Part shown: in pieces, positions 18,776 to 29,758 of the stretch
Position numbering within the stretch: the stretch's first letter is position 1
Layout of the letters: every line of letters starts with the position of its first letter
NCBI GenBank assembly: GCA_030431755.1
Contig: JAUIIK010000003.1
Span: forward strand, 1,770 to 65,769
Reading direction: 5' to 3'
Source: Chloroflexia bacterium
GTDB lineage: Bacteria > Chloroflexota > Chloroflexia > Thermomicrobiales > CFX8
Length of the DNA: 64,000 nucleotides
The notes under the pieces: model-generated
The model's input: the letters and a program-made list of their open reading frames with translations, nothing else
What the model was told of the DNA's origin: nothing
The model's database searches: none
Made by a program: the position numbers and the translations under genes

Positions 18776-19612
18776 GTGGGCTCGGACCACAAGTTTGTTG
18801 CGTGCAGCAGGAACGAAGAGCTAGGCGGTAGGACAGCCTACTGGTTCCTGGTACGCGACTTTCACCCACTCGTCGACTGTCACGACGACACCTGTCAGAT
18901 TCCACTCCTCAATCCAGATGACCCGCTCGTCCCGCCACTTGAAGCCCGTCACTGTATTGGGCACGTCGGCGATATCCCCTGTTTTGCCGCCGAAGTGCCG
19001 CTCGACTTCGAAGCTCCGGCAGGCATGGAGTTCATGAACCTGCGCCCGCTGCACGCGCAGGTTGGCGAGATGTTCTGGGCCGTCGCCGGCCGGGCAGTCC
19101 AGATCATCGACTGGGCGCGGAACCATCGCTACTGCGGCAAGTGCGGCACGCTCAATACCTTCGCGCGCATGGATCGCTCGCTACGTTGTCCGAATTGCGA
19201 TCTCTCGCATTATCCGCGGTTGTCGCCGGCTGTGATCGTCCTCGTGCAGCGCGGGGACGAGGTGCTGCTGGGCCGCTCGAACCGCTTTCCCAACGCCTTC
19301 TACAGCGTACTGGCGGGATTTGTTGAGCCCGGCGAGTCGCTGGAGGAGACAGTCTCGCGCGAGATCTACGAGGAGACCGGCATACGGGTGCAAGAGATCA
19401 CCTACTTCGGCAGCCAGCCCTGGCCCTTCCCGAACTCGCTGATGATCGGGTTCACAGCTCAGTACGCCGGCGGCGACATCCGGCTGCTCGACGACGAAAT
19501 CCTCGACGCCGGCTGGTTCACCGTCGATACGCTGCCGAACATCCCCGGCTCAATTAGCATCGCCCGCAAGCTCATCGACTGGTGGATGGCGCAACAGCAG
19601 GCGCGAGGCTAG
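18776..19612 (+). CDS. nudC: NAD+ diphosphatase (NADH pyrophosphatase), Nudix family
   Basis: Zinc ribbon CGKCG...CPNCD immediately before the Nudix box GFVEPGESLEETVSREIYEETGI, plus the downstream SQPWPFP motif typical of NudC. Confidence 0.85.
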   Translation: MGSDHKFVACSRNEELGGRTAYWFLVRDFHPLVDCHDDTCQIPLLNPDDPLVPPLEARHCIGHVGDIPCFAAEVPLDFEAPAGMEFMNLRPLHAQVGEMFWAVAGRAVQIIDWARNHRYCGKCGTLNTFARMDRSLRCPNCDLSHYPRLSPAVIVLVQRGDEVLLGRSNRFPNAFYSVLAGFVEPGESLEETVSREIYEETGIRVQEITYFGSQPWPFPNSLMIGFTAQYAGGDIRLLDDEILDAGWFTVDTLPNIPGSISIARKLIDWWMAQQQARG

Positions 19613-21018
19613 CTCGCCGGCCGGTTGTCGCGGCCCCAGTGGTTCTCCAGCACATCGAGCCGGTCGTCGGCTTCCAGGATCCCGCGGACATCGTCCTCGC
19701 CACGGCGTCCCGCCGGGAACTCCGGCGCGTTGGCGAGCCTGGCTGCGACTCGCGCAGCCAGGATTGCGCCCATCTGCAATCCGCGTGGGGTCACTTTGTC
19801 GACGGTGTCAGCCTCGGTGTGGCCGTAGCCACGCCCGATCATTCCCGCTGTCGCGTCGCGGCTCCGCATCGTAGCGCTCGGGTAGCCCTTCAGGAAGTAG
19901 GGGAAGTGGTCGGAGTGCACCGACAGGTTGTCGCCAGTCTCGTACTCGTAGTCGAGGTCGTCGGTGAGATCCGAGAAGTATTTGACCCAGGCCGGATCGC
20001 GAGTGACGGTGACGCTGTCCTGCCCGCCGTCGCCCCTGCCCGCGCCATCGAGGTTCATCGAGAAGACGAGCCGCTCGGAGACTGATTCGTCGTCGTAGGT
20101 GTCTGCGTGGGCCCAGCTCCCGATCAAGCCGATTTCTTCGCAGCCGTAGCAGATGATTCGGATTGTGCGGTCGAACTGCCCGGCAAAGGGGACGAGAAGC
20201 CGTCCCGCTTCGAGGCCGACCAGCGTTCCAGCGCCGTCGTCCGCTGCGCCCTGAGCTACGTCGTGGCCGTCATAGTGCCCGCCGAAGAGGACGATCTCGT
20301 CGCTCTTGCTGCCCCCGGGTATGTCGCCGACGACGTTGTAGGAGTGCGAGAGACGCGTCTTGTTCTCAAGGTCGATACGGACGCGGACCGGACCCCTGTC
20401 GAGCAGCCGCCGCAACATCGAACCCGACTCGAAGGTAATTCCGATGCCGGGGATCGGGGCTTCGTGGTCGCTATCGTCCGGGCCTCCAGGGGTTTGGGCG
20501 TAGAGCGCCCCGGTAATGTGGAGCAGCCCGGGATTGCGGTTGAGGAAGACGACGGCGGCAGCGCCGGCCTCGTGGGCCCAACGGTATTTGTCGGTGCGGT
20601 GGCTGCGGCTGGCGGTTTCCGCGTCGGTGAGGACGATCTTGCCGCGCACGACGTCGCCGAGACGCTCGTAGTCAGCCTGCTCGCCCTCGCCCGCATCCAG
20701 TAGCTCGCCTTCCCACGAGCCGGAGCCGCAGTAGGGCATGGCGATGGCAGTGACGGATTGTGGCCTGGGGTCGAGGATTGACAGCTCGCAGCTGCCCCGG
20801 TCCCAGGTATAGACCGGGAACTCTTCGAGGTGCGCGTTCGCAAGTCCGTATGCGCGCATCTTTTCGAGCAAGAATTCAGCGCCCGCGTGCTCGCTGGCGC
20901 TGCCGCCGAAGCGGTGGCCGATGTCGTCGCACAGCTGGAGCAGGTTGCGCCACATCTCGTCCGTCGTCCACGCCTCGCCGACGATATGCCTGTCGACATC
21001 GCTCAGATTTGCCGCCAT
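19609..21018 (-). CDS. M28 family metallopeptidase with PA domain
   Basis: About 469 aa from ATG 21018 (GAGGTGG SD). Metal-ligand contexts GGHYDGHD, DDGAGT, CYGCEEIGLIGS and HTEADT fit an M28 aminopeptidase. Confidence 0.8.
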   Translation of the reverse strand: MAANLSDVDRHIVGEAWTTDEMWRNLLQLCDDIGHRFGGSASEHAGAEFLLEKMRAYGLANAHLEEFPVYTWDRGSCELSILDPRPQSVTAIAMPYCGSGSWEGELLDAGEGEQADYERLGDVVRGKIVLTDAETASRSHRTDKYRWAHEAGAAAVVFLNRNPGLLHITGALYAQTPGGPDDSDHEAPIPGIGITFESGSMLRRLLDRGPVRVRIDLENKTRLSHSYNVVGDIPGGSKSDEIVLFGGHYDGHDVAQGAADDGAGTLVGLEAGRLLVPFAGQFDRTIRIICYGCEEIGLIGSWAHADTYDDESVSERLVFSMNLDGAGRGDGGQDSVTVTRDPAWVKYFSDLTDDLDYEYETGDNLSVHSDHFPYFLKGYPSATMRSRDATAGMIGRGYGHTEADTVDKVTPRGLQMGAILAARVAARLANAPEFPAGRRGEDDVRGILEADDRLDVLENHWGRDNRPAS

Positions 21019-21155
21019 CGTGCCACCTCGCAATTGGTTTCGAGCCGAAAATCTGACACAGGATGACGCGCTGGCGCTACCGTGTCAAGCACGCGCTTGG
21101 GCACATGGAGTATTCTGATGGCAGCCACTATAGACTCCACAGGGAAGGCCAGCTG

Positions 21156-21662
21156 ATGACCTCGACTGCTTCATTTGTGACGCCCGACGCCAACGGCCTG
21201 CAATCGCCGTTCGTCAATCTCCACCATGTCGCGCTCGTGACGAATGACATGGAGAAAACTGTCGCCTTCTACCGCGACGTGCTTGGCAGCGAGATCGCGA
21301 TGGCGCATCGCACCGGCGAGGAAGGCGTGCGGCACTACTTCATCACCGTTGCGCCGAATACGGTGTTCGCGTTCTTCGAGTTCGATGACGCCGCGATGCC
21401 GGAGCACCTGCCGGCCACAATGCGGAAATCGGGCAGATCGCTCGACCACATCTGCCTATGGGTGCAGGACGAACCCGCCTGGGACGCCTTCCACGACCAT
21501 CTACTGGCAAATGGGATCGATGTCACGCGGTCGTCCGAGCGCAAGTCGATGTTCTTCCCGGACCCGAACAACATCGTGATCGAGGTCACCATCGCGAATT
21601 GGGAGGCTGGCTTTCCGGTCCACGACGATCCGGACCCGGCCTACGATCCGCCAGCCAGCTAG
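21156..21662 (+). CDS. VOC family protein (glyoxalase/dioxygenase fold)
   Basis: [29 protein letters not shown] ... LDHICLWV ... [13 protein letters not shown]. Start set at ATG 21156, downstream of GGGAAGG. Confidence 0.75.
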   Translation: MTSTASFVTPDANGLQSPFVNLHHVALVTNDMEKTVAFYRDVLGSEIAMAHRTGEEGVRHYFITVAPNTVFAFFEFDDAAMPEHLPATMRKSGRSLDHICLWVQDEPAWDAFHDHLLANGIDVTRSSERKSMFFPDPNNIVIEVTIANWEAGFPVHDDPDPAYDPPAS

Positions 21663-22936
21663 GCTTCGGACTGCAGCTCATCCATGCGGCGGCGGATCGT
21701 CTCACGTTCTAGATCGCTTGTCGCCAGGTCCAGCGCCAGCGCGAGCGCCGCGAGGGCTTCCGCCGGTCGAGCTAGCCGCGCCAGCATCTCAGAGCGCGCG
21801 ACGAAGTACGGCGCGTAGGAGGCGAGCGATCCGGCTTCTTCAAGGTCGTCAAGCATCGCCAGGCCGTGGTCAGCGCCAATCGCTTCGGCGACTGCCACGG
21901 CCTGGTTGAGACGCACGACAGGTGACGCACTGAGCGCATACATCTGACGATAGAGGAGCGCGATCTGCGGCCAGTCAGTCTCGTCGATGGACGCGGCTTC
22001 AGCATGGAGCGCCGCGATTGCGGCCTGGATCACGTATGTGCCGGGTTGACCGCGTTGTAGCGAGCGTTCAAGCGCCTCCAGCCCATCGGCGATCTTCGCT
22101 TGGTCCCAGCGGCCACGGTCCTGATCTTTGAGCAGAATCGCCGCGCCGGACGCCGAGAGGCGTGCGGCACGGCGCGCATCCTGGAGCAGGATCAACGCCA
22201 GGAGCCCGAGCGCTTCCGGCTGGTCTGGCAGCAATCCGACAACGATCCGGGCCAGCTTGGTAGCTTCATCGGCAAGGTCAAGCGCGGCCACTGGTGACAG
22301 CCGGGAGTAGTCCTCGTTGAAGATCAGATAGATGACGGCGAGTACCGCTGCCAGCCGGTCGGGAAGCTGATCGGCCTCCGGAACCGCGTAGGGTATCCCG
22401 GCGTCTTTGATCTTGCGTTTCGCGCGGGAGATGCGCTGGCCCATCGTTGGCGACGGCACGAGGAACGCCGCTGCAATCTGGTCGGTCGACAGTCCACCGA
22501 CGGTTCTCAAGGTCAATGCGACCTGCGATTCGAGCGGCAGCGCCGGGTGGCAGCAGGTGAAGATCAAGCGCAGGCGTTCGTCAGGAATCTCCTCGGCGGG
22601 CGCGAACGGATCATCGTTGGCGGCGTCGATGCTGGCCAGGTAATCGAGCGTCGCCTGTTTGTCGCGTAGCGTTGATGAGCGCCGGATGCGGTCGATAGCC
22701 CTGCGTCGCGCTGTCGTCACCAGCCAACCTGGCGGGCTATGCGGGATGCCAGCGTCGGGCCAGTTCTCGACGGCTTCGGCGAGTGCGTCCTGCACCGCGT
22801 CCTCGGCCAGGTCGAAGTCGCCGGTGGCGCGAATCGTCGTCGCGAGAATCTGACTGCCGTGCTCCCGGTAGGTTTCCTCCAGACATCGGGCAGCTGCGGC
22901 AGCAGCAGCTGAGTCGTCCGTCTCCCTCGAGATCAT
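21659..22936 (-). CDS. ECF-type RNA polymerase sigma factor with about 250-aa C-terminal extension (COG4941/ECF42-like)
   Basis: Sigma-2 region ([18 protein letters not shown]...[16 protein letters not shown]) and sigma-4 region ([39 protein letters not shown]), followed by a long helical Ala/Leu-rich tail. Start moved to ATG 22936 because the longer ORF runs into the ABC gene. Confidence 0.85.
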   Translation of the reverse strand: MISRETDDSAAAAAAARCLEETYREHGSQILATTIRATGDFDLAEDAVQDALAEAVENWPDAGIPHSPPGWLVTTARRRAIDRIRRSSTLRDKQATLDYLASIDAANDDPFAPAEEIPDERLRLIFTCCHPALPLESQVALTLRTVGGLSTDQIAAAFLVPSPTMGQRISRAKRKIKDAGIPYAVPEADQLPDRLAAVLAVIYLIFNEDYSRLSPVAALDLADEATKLARIVVGLLPDQPEALGLLALILLQDARRAARLSASGAAILLKDQDRGRWDQAKIADGLEALERSLQRGQPGTYVIQAAIAALHAEAASIDETDWPQIALLYRQMYALSASPVVRLNQAVAVAEAIGADHGLAMLDDLEEAGSLASYAPYFVARSEMLARLARPAEALAALALALDLATSDLERETIRRRMDELQSEA

Positions 22937-23006
22937 CGGCGTCCTTTGGCATTCTTGCGCTTGTCTCAGTCCAATGCCAGTGTATCCGACTGCTCCCGGC
23001 GCCGGG

Positions 23007-24905
23007 CTAGTCGGCGGCGGCGGGGATACTGAAATGCACCGAGCCGTCGCGGTCGACGATGCCATCCTCGCAGCGGGCCTCGATGGTGCCGGAGCCAAAC
23101 TGCTCGCGGTAGAGCGCTGCGTAGAGCCCGTCGAGCGCCAGCAGCTCCTCGTGGCGACCACGTTCGGTGATGCGCCCATCCTCGATCACGAGTATCTGGT
23201 CGGCGGCGATGATCGTGCTAAGCCGGTGCGCGATGGCAATCGTGGTGCGGCCCTCCATCAGCGGGCCGAGCGCGTTCTGGATCAGGCGCTCGGAACGGGT
23301 ATCGAGCGCTGATGTCGCCTCATCTAATATCAGGATGCGCGGATCCTTCAGGATCACCCGCGCCAGCGCCAGACGTTGCTTCTCGCCGCCGGACATGCGG
23401 TATCCGCGCTCGCCGACGACAGTGTCGTAGCCGTCCGGGAGCCCCACGATCAGATCGTGAATCGCCGCCGCCCGTGTCGCCGCCATCAACTCCTCTTCCG
23501 TAGCGTCGGGGCGGCCATAGACGAGGTTCTCTCGAATTGAGGCGTGGAAGAGATAGCTCTCCTGGGCGACGAAACCGATGATCGCCCCGAGGCTGTCGAG
23601 CGTCATGTCCCGGATGTCGCGGTTGTCGATCAGGATCTCGCCATCGCTGACGTCGTAGAGGCGCGGCAGGAGCTGAGTGAGCGTGCTCTTGCCTGCGCCA
23701 CTTGGACCGACCAGTGCGACCAGCTCCCCGGGCGCTGCCGTGAACGAGGCATGGTCAACGGCGAGGTCAAGCTCGTCGAGCGCGTCCGTGCCGTTGGGCC
23801 GGATGTAGCTGAACGAGACGTCGCGGTACTCGATCAGTCCGCGCACATCGTCGGGCTCGACGAAGACCGCGTCCTCCTCGTCGTAGATTTCCGGTTCGAG
23901 ATCGAGGTACTCAAAGATACGGTCGAACATCGCCATTGCCGATTGGATCTCGACGTGGACGTTGAAGAGCTGACCGAGCGGCATGAAGAGGCGCGATTGC
24001 AGTGTCGTGAAGGCGACGATCGCGCCGATCGTGAGGTTTGGGTCGCCGTTGATGATGGCGCGCCCGGCGACCAGGTAGATTAGCGCCGGCATGATCGAGA
24101 ATGCCGTGCCGATCATCATGAAGAACCAGCGGCCAATCATCTGCTGCCGCACCTGTAGCTCAGCGATGTCGTCGTTTTGCTCGGCGAAGCGCTCGATCTC
24201 TTCTTCCTGGCGGCCGAATGTCTTGGTGAGCAGCACGCCGGAGACGGACAGAGTCTCCTGGGTTGTCGCCGTCATGTCCGCTAAGCGTCGCTGGGTGCGA
24301 TTGCTGATGTCGCGCCGCAGCCGGCCAACGCGGCGCGTGACAATTGAGAAGAGCGGCGTCAGGGCGAGTGAGAGCAAGGTCAGGCGCACGTCGATAAAGA
24401 ACATGATCGCCAAGGTCGAGACGACCGTCGCGATGTTGCTAACGACACTGGAGGCGGTGTTGGTGACGACCTGCTGGACGCCGTTGACGTCATTCGAGAT
24501 GCGGCTCTGGATTTCGCCGGTGCGCGTCGCCGTGAAGAATCGCAACGACTGGCGCTGTAGATGCGTGTAGAGACGCACGCGTAAGTCGCGCATCACGTTC
24601 TGGCCAACGGTGTTGTTCAGGTAGCTCTGGCCGACGCCGACGAGACCGCTAATGATCGGCAAGGCGATCATCAGCCCGACCAGCAGGTAGAGCAAGCTCA
24701 TGTCGCGGTTTGGTATCGCGTCATCAATGACAACCTGGAGCAGATAGGGGTTGACGACGCCCAGGCCGGCGGTAAGGAGGATCGCTCCGATAGCCCCGCT
24801 GACGCGCCAGACGTAGGGGCGGAAGAGGGCGGCGATGCGCCGCGCTACGTTGGAGTTCATGCCGCGTCCGGCTTCGGGGTCGGCGGCGCTAGACATTCGA
24901 CGCAT
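23007..24905 (-). CDS. ABC transporter, fused permease/ATP-binding exporter (MsbA/ABCB type)
   Basis: 632 aa with six-TM region, Walker [10 protein letters not shown], signature [13 protein letters not shown] and Walker [16 protein letters not shown] 24860 is an alternative start. Confidence 0.92.
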   Translation of the reverse strand: MRRMSSAADPEAGRGMNSNVARRIAALFRPYVWRVSGAIGAILLTAGLGVVNPYLLQVVIDDAIPNRDMSLLYLLVGLMIALPIISGLVGVGQSYLNNTVGQNVMRDLRVRLYTHLQRQSLRFFTATRTGEIQSRISNDVNGVQQVVTNTASSVVSNIATVVSTLAIMFFIDVRLTLLSLALTPLFSIVTRRVGRLRRDISNRTQRRLADMTATTQETLSVSGVLLTKTFGRQEEEIERFAEQNDDIAELQVRQQMIGRWFFMMIGTAFSIMPALIYLVAGRAIINGDPNLTIGAIVAFTTLQSRLFMPLGQLFNVHVEIQSAMAMFDRIFEYLDLEPEIYDEEDAVFVEPDDVRGLIEYRDVSFSYIRPNGTDALDELDLAVDHASFTAAPGELVALVGPSGAGKSTLTQLLPRLYDVSDGEILIDNRDIRDMTLDSLGAIIGFVAQESYLFHASIRENLVYGRPDATEEELMAATRAAAIHDLIVGLPDGYDTVVGERGYRMSGGEKQRLALARVILKDPRILILDEATSALDTRSERLIQNALGPLMEGRTTIAIAHRLSTIIAADQILVIEDGRITERGRHEELLALDGLYAALYREQFGSGTIEARCEDGIVDRDGSVHFSIPAAAD

Positions 24906-25148
24906 AGGCTGTCCATTCCGTGTGTTGCATCATGCTTGTTATCGTACTGGCTCTCATAATACTTAGGAATCCGAAATAATGCGTAGTTTGGTGAAGCGTC
25001 GACGTCTTGCCGATCCTAGCGGGCGGATTGCGCGGAGCGTACCGGTCGAATGGGCAGGGCAACGCGGATCTGGCGGCTAGGATGAACACGATTCGTCGGT
25101 CTGTTGCCGCTGGTCCTCAATGCCAGGGGTAGCGCGAAAGGTGTCCTG

Positions 25149-26096
25149 ATGTCCCGGCGGCATAGCATAGCGGTAACTGGCTCTTCGGGATTCGTTGGCG
25201 CACACATTGTGCGGGTGCTCGTTGGCGCGGGCTTGCGGGTAATCGGGCTTGATGTTGGCGAGCCGCCGCCTGAGGCGCAGCCTTCCGAGTTCATCCAATG
25301 TGACATAACAGACCGCGCGCTGTTTGACGGTGCCGTCGCCCGGCAGCCGATTGAGGCATTCGTCCACGCCGCAGCGATCACACCGGGTCCGGAAGAGCGC
25401 GAGCGTGCTTATGAGGTGCTGCAGGTGAACTACCTGAGCACTGCCACGGCGCTCACGGCTGCTGCTGCCGCGGGTTATTCGCGGTTCATCTATATGAGCT
25501 CGGCCGGGGTCTACGCGGACCCTCCTGCGGGCGAGGACCTCGACGAACGTGCGCCGCTAGACGAAACCGGCGGGCTGTATGCTCAGTCGAAGATCGCGAG
25601 CGAACGGCTCTGCGTTTGGGCCAGCCGCGAGCTGGGGCTTTCGACCGTCGCGCTGCGAGTGGGGCCGGTCTATGGCGAGTTTGAGCGTCCGACTGCTTCA
25701 CGGGCGGTGATGTCGCCAGTTTATCGCGCACTGGAACTGAAACAACGAGGTCATGACGTAGCTGCTGACCACCCAGGCAGCGCCTACAACCTCATCTACG
25801 GTGATGACCTCGGCAGGGCGGTGTTGGCGGCGCTCGATGCCGACGCTTCGGGGCCTGTCTACAACGTCGGCGGGCCGCTGGTTGCCGTCCACGATCTGCT
25901 TGTGCTGGTCGCAAATCTCGATTTGGACGTGCAAGTTCCGTCGGCGCCGCGAGATTCGCCGGAGGCGCTGGCCGTAGCGCCGCGCCCGCGTCCGCTTGAC
26001 AGCGGTCTGATCCACCGTGAGCTTGGATTCCAACCCCGTTCGGATCTGGATTCCGGGCTCAATCGAACCGTCCATGCACTCCGCAGTTCGGGCTAG
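25149..26096 (+). CDS. NAD-dependent epimerase/dehydratase family protein (SDR extended)
   Basis: Rossmann motif VTGSSGFVGAHIV and catalytic YxxxK (YAQSK). Start at ATG 25149, downstream of AAAGGTG. Confidence 0.85.
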   Translation: MSRRHSIAVTGSSGFVGAHIVRVLVGAGLRVIGLDVGEPPPEAQPSEFIQCDITDRALFDGAVARQPIEAFVHAAAITPGPEERERAYEVLQVNYLSTATALTAAAAAGYSRFIYMSSAGVYADPPAGEDLDERAPLDETGGLYAQSKIASERLCVWASRELGLSTVALRVGPVYGEFERPTASRAVMSPVYRALELKQRGHDVAADHPGSAYNLIYGDDLGRAVLAALDADASGPVYNVGGPLVAVHDLLVLVANLDLDVQVPSAPRDSPEALAVAPRPRPLDSGLIHRELGFQPRSDLDSGLNRTVHALRSSG

Positions 26097-26134
26097 CATA
26101 GGCCGTATTTGAGCAGTTCACCAGAGGAGCGCAG

Positions 26135-27271
26135 ATGCAGGCATCCAATCGGGACAAGTACGTCAATGTAGATCGAATTCGCGAGACCGTGGACAGTGGG
26201 CCCTACGACGCGGTTATCGTCATGTCGCCGGAGAACATCCCGTACTACAGCGGCTTCTACAACATCGACCTGCGTCTGCTGCCGGAGCGCATCCACCTCG
26301 CCGTCTGGCCGAAGGGCCGCGAGCCGGTCTTCGTCGTGATCGACCGGCGCGCAAACTCATTGCGGCCGGGCGATACCTATCTCACGGAGATCGTGCCCTA
26401 CGAAGGCGAAGAGCTCGACTCGATGCGGGCCGTTGCCGAAGTTCTTAGAGCAAATCACATCGCTGCGGGGAGGATCGGCATCGAGGGCCGGCAGTTCCCG
26501 TCGGAGCACCTGCGCGAGCTACAGGCCCGCGTGCCTGACGCGACGTTCGAGGACGCCTACTTCTTCATCGAAAGCGTGCGGCTGATCAAGACTCCAGCCG
26601 AGGTCGAGACGCTGACGAAGGTCAATCGCTGGACGACTGAGGCCATCGACGTGGCCTTTGGCGCGGCTGAGCTTGGAGACACTGAACGGAGCGTGTCGGC
26701 GCGGATGCAACATGAGTTGTTGCTGCGCGGCGCGGATCAGATCACCGCGCCGATCTTTGCCAGCGGTCCGCGGACCGGCAACTTCCATCCAACGGCAAGC
26801 GACGCACCGATAGAGGCCGGAATGCTCGTCAAGACTGATTTCGGCGGCTCGCTGGACGGGTATCTCTCGGACATCGCACGGACTGCGGTCATGGGCCAGG
26901 CGACGGACAATCAGAAACGGCTGCACGCAGCCGTGACCGAGGTAAAGGACCGCATCGTTGGCTTCATCCGTCCGCGTATGCCGGCGTCCGAGGTAGCGCA
27001 GTTCGGCCGCAAGGCCTATGAGCACCTGGGGCTCGAGTTCAAGTGGGCCATCCTCGGCCACGGTCTCGGACTGGGATTGCACGAGTCCCCGCAGATCTAT
27101 CCATGGGTTGACGCGCCGATTGAGGCCGGCATGGTGATGATGATCGAGACGGGCTACAACGACTTCCCAAACGACAGTATCCACGTCGAGGATCTGATCC
27201 TCGTCACCGAGGACGGGGGCCACTATCTCACCGACGCCGACAGCCACCGCGAGATTTGGGAGCTCGGCTAG
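26135..27271 (+). CDS. M24 family metallopeptidase (Xaa-Pro peptidase/creatinase-like)
   Basis: 378 aa with a creatinase-like N-domain and a pita-bread domain (DFGGSLDGYLSDIARTA, GHGLGLGLHE, MMIETGY). GAGGAG SD. Confidence 0.88.
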   Translation: MQASNRDKYVNVDRIRETVDSGPYDAVIVMSPENIPYYSGFYNIDLRLLPERIHLAVWPKGREPVFVVIDRRANSLRPGDTYLTEIVPYEGEELDSMRAVAEVLRANHIAAGRIGIEGRQFPSEHLRELQARVPDATFEDAYFFIESVRLIKTPAEVETLTKVNRWTTEAIDVAFGAAELGDTERSVSARMQHELLLRGADQITAPIFASGPRTGNFHPTASDAPIEAGMLVKTDFGGSLDGYLSDIARTAVMGQATDNQKRLHAAVTEVKDRIVGFIRPRMPASEVAQFGRKAYEHLGLEFKWAILGHGLGLGLHESPQIYPWVDAPIEAGMVMMIETGYNDFPNDSIHVEDLILVTEDGGHYLTDADSHREIWELG

Positions 27272-28578
27272 TCGCCGGAGGCCGTGACCGGCGCTGGCGC
27301 GGCGCTCTGGAACGTCTGCGGCGAGCGGTTGAAGATCGCCATCATGAAGAGCGTGATCACGAGACCGCACAACGCGATGGTGACGCTGACGCCAGTCCAG
27401 TCGGACAGCGCGCCGAGCGGCAGCAGGGCAACGGGCATCAGATACCACTGCATGACATAAACACTCATCACGCGCCCGTAGAGGTTCGGGTCGGTGTTGA
27501 GCATGAGCAGGGATCGGTTGATCGTCATGTAGGTCTGGCTGGTTAGCCCGATTACGAGGAGCAGCCCTAGGGACAGCGCATAGACAGGCGAGAGGGCGAA
27601 GCCGATGAGCGCGACGCCAAAGCCTAGCCCGCAGGCGATCTGGGCTCTGCCCATGTTCGGCGAGTTCGCGAAGTAGGCCGCGCCCAGCGACCCGAATAGT
27701 GCGCCGACGCCGACCATGGCGTACATCAAACCAAGCGCTTCAGCACCAACATCGAGCACATCCTTCTGGAAGACGGGCAGGAGCTGCTGGAAGGGCATCC
27801 CGATCAGAATCGGCACGATCGAGAGCAGGATGAACATGCTGAGCACGCGACTGCCGAGAATGTACCGAAAGCCGAAGAGCATCTGCTGGACTGTTCCGCC
27901 AGCCGTTGCGTTGCCGCGGCTGCCGGACGGCAGGTTGATGAGCGTCAGCACGGCGAGCGCGTAGAAGACGGCGACGCAGTAGAAGGCGACCGTCGGGTTC
28001 CAGGCAATCAGGATGCCGGCGATGGCCGGAGCGGCGATCATGTTGAGATTGCGGCCGGTCGAGTCGAGTGCCAGGGCGTTGGCCATGTGTTTCTGCCCGA
28101 CGAGCACCGACATGAAGGCCGTGCGGGTGGGCATGGTGAAGGGGAAAGCGATGCCCTGGAGGAGTCCGATGACGAAGAGGTGCCAGATCTCGATAACCCC
28201 GGCGTGGACGAGGACCGCATTGAGCACCGCCAGCACGAACATTGCGGTTTGCGACGCGACCAACAGATTGCGCCGGTCGAAGCGGTCGGCGGCGACGCCG
28301 GCGATCGGTGACAGAATAACCAGCGGAATGCTGCGGGCCATCGCGACGACACCGAGAAGGAACGCCGAGCCACTGAGGTCGAAGGCCAGCCACGAGCGCG
28401 CGACGATCTCCGTCTGCATCGCGCCGAGCGAGAAGAACATCCCAAGCCAGAGTGTCCTGAATTGTGGCAGGGTCAGCGCGCTGAATGCGCGTTGGAGCTT
28501 TGATGTCTCTTCCAGTGATCCCACATCATCGTGCGCGCCTGATCGTTCAGGCGCTGAATTCGGGTTGCTCATTCCCAA
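27268..28578 (-). CDS. MFS transporter
   Basis: 436 aa, about 12 predicted TM helices, with the MFS loop motif GVAADRFDRRNLL. Confidence 0.85.
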   Translation of the reverse strand: MGMSNPNSAPERSGAHDDVGSLEETSKLQRAFSALTLPQFRTLWLGMFFSLGAMQTEIVARSWLAFDLSGSAFLLGVVAMARSIPLVILSPIAGVAADRFDRRNLLVASQTAMFVLAVLNAVLVHAGVIEIWHLFVIGLLQGIAFPFTMPTRTAFMSVLVGQKHMANALALDSTGRNLNMIAAPAIAGILIAWNPTVAFYCVAVFYALAVLTLINLPSGSRGNATAGGTVQQMLFGFRYILGSRVLSMFILLSIVPILIGMPFQQLLPVFQKDVLDVGAEALGLMYAMVGVGALFGSLGAAYFANSPNMGRAQIACGLGFGVALIGFALSPVYALSLGLLLVIGLTSQTYMTINRSLLMLNTDPNLYGRVMSVYVMQWYLMPVALLPLGALSDWTGVSVTIALCGLVITLFMMAIFNRSPQTFQSAAPAPVTASGD

Positions 28579-28803
28579 CCGGAAGTTCCTCTAGTGATTG
28601 TCGATACCTGCTAAACAGTTAAGTATCGCTGAATTGTAAACGACACCCGCCAGGGAAGCGATGCCGTGCGCACCATGTGGGTAGTTCGCACAGATTGCCG
28701 GACGGATAGTTGGCGCCGCGCGAGTCAGCTACGATGGCGCGGAGGTAGAGCCAACAGGACTGAGTCCGCGGTCATGTGCCGACAATTTCAACGATCATTG
28801 GAG

Positions 28804-28875
28804 TGGCCCGACTGGGGATCGAACCCAGGACCCACGGATTAAAAGTCCGCGGCTCTACCACTGAGCTATCGGGCC
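28804..28875 (-). tRNA. tRNA-Lys (anticodon UUU)
   Basis: The reverse complement GGCCCGATAGCTCAGTGGTAGAGCCGCGGACTTTTAATCCGTGGGTCCTGGGTTCGATCCCCAGTCGGGCCA folds as a cloverleaf: 7-bp acceptor stem, D arm GCTC/GAGC, anticodon loop CUUUUAA, T arm CTGGG-TTCGATC-CCCAG. No CCA is encoded. Confidence 0.92.
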
Positions 28876-28971
28876 GCGTGAAGTGTAACAAAGGAGTATT
28901 GGGGCTTTGGGAGCCGGCATCGGCACTGCCGCAAGCAGATTGCGCGCACACTTCGGGGAAGAACGCAACCA

Positions 28972-29757
28972 GTGAGTTGGCGGAGGCTTGCAACGGCGGC
29001 GCTCGTCTCAAGCGGAATCGCGGTTGCAGGATACCGCGCCGGAACTCTCACCGGGCGAGGCGCGTGCGCCGCGACCGCGGCAGGCACGTCAGTTCTCGCC
29101 GGGTTTGGCGCGCGTGGTGGTTTGCTCCTGGGCCTGTTCTTCGTGAGCGGAAGCGGGTTGAGCCGCTTGCCGGCATCGCAGCGCCATGAAGCCGGCTCGA
29201 CGGCACGGAATGAGCGGCAGGTACTCGCGAACGGCGGAGTCGCCGCCGCCGCGCCGCTGATGCTGGTCGCCGGACACCGTGAGTCGGCAATCGCTGCGCT
29301 CGCTGGGAGCCTCGCGGCCGCTACTTCGGATACCTGGGCCACCGAGATCGGTCTGCAATTCGACGGTAGGCCGCGCTATCTCGTTACAAATCAACCGGCG
29401 CGGGCTGGGTTATCGGGCGGCGTCACCCGCGCCGGCACACTCGGCTCAATCGGGGGCTCGGTTGCGCTCGCTAGCGTGGCCGCATTGAGCTATCGCGATG
29501 CTCGGTTGTTTGTGACGACAACGACCGCCGGTCTCACCGGCTCGATCTCCGACAGCCTGCTCGGCGAGCTTGTGCAGGCGAAGTGGCAAGCTGGCAAATC
29601 CAGTAACGTGCTCGAGCGCCAGCCCGGCGTGGGCTGGCAGGGCAGCCTCGTGAGTGGCATTCGCTGGGTCGACAACGACGCCGTCAACCTGGCTTGCACG
29701 CTCATCGGTGGTCTGGCCGGTCTCGCCCTGTGGTCGCTTGCGACAGCCGGCGACTGA
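28972..29757 (+). CDS. DUF92 (TMEM19-like) integral membrane protein
   Basis: 261 aa, polytopic, with conserved motifs TSDTWATEIG and VDNDAVNL as in the DUF92 family. GTG start. Confidence 0.7.
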   Translation: MSWRRLATAALVSSGIAVAGYRAGTLTGRGACAATAAGTSVLAGFGARGGLLLGLFFVSGSGLSRLPASQRHEAGSTARNERQVLANGGVAAAAPLMLVAGHRESAIAALAGSLAAATSDTWATEIGLQFDGRPRYLVTNQPARAGLSGGVTRAGTLGSIGGSVALASVAALSYRDARLFVTTTTAGLTGSISDSLLGELVQAKWQAGKSSNVLERQPGVGWQGSLVSGIRWVDNDAVNLACTLIGGLAGLALWSLATAGD

Positions 29758-29758
29758 G

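Noticed and set aside
26519-27448. 309-aa ORF on the minus strand
   Set aside because: It is antisense to the M24 peptidase gene and overlaps the MFS gene end. It has no motifs and an Arg-rich composition.
28725-28738. Exact 14-mer GCTACGATGGCGCG shared with 44331-44344
   Set aside because: About ten or more exact 14-mer coincidences are expected by chance in 64 kb of GC-rich sequence on both strands. The surrounding context is not conserved enough to call a motif.
28804-28875. tRNA-Lys as an integration site for a genomic island
   Set aside because: I saw no integrase, no direct repeat of the tRNA 3' end and no compositional shift in the flanking genes (MFS transporter, DUF92, PLP enzyme).
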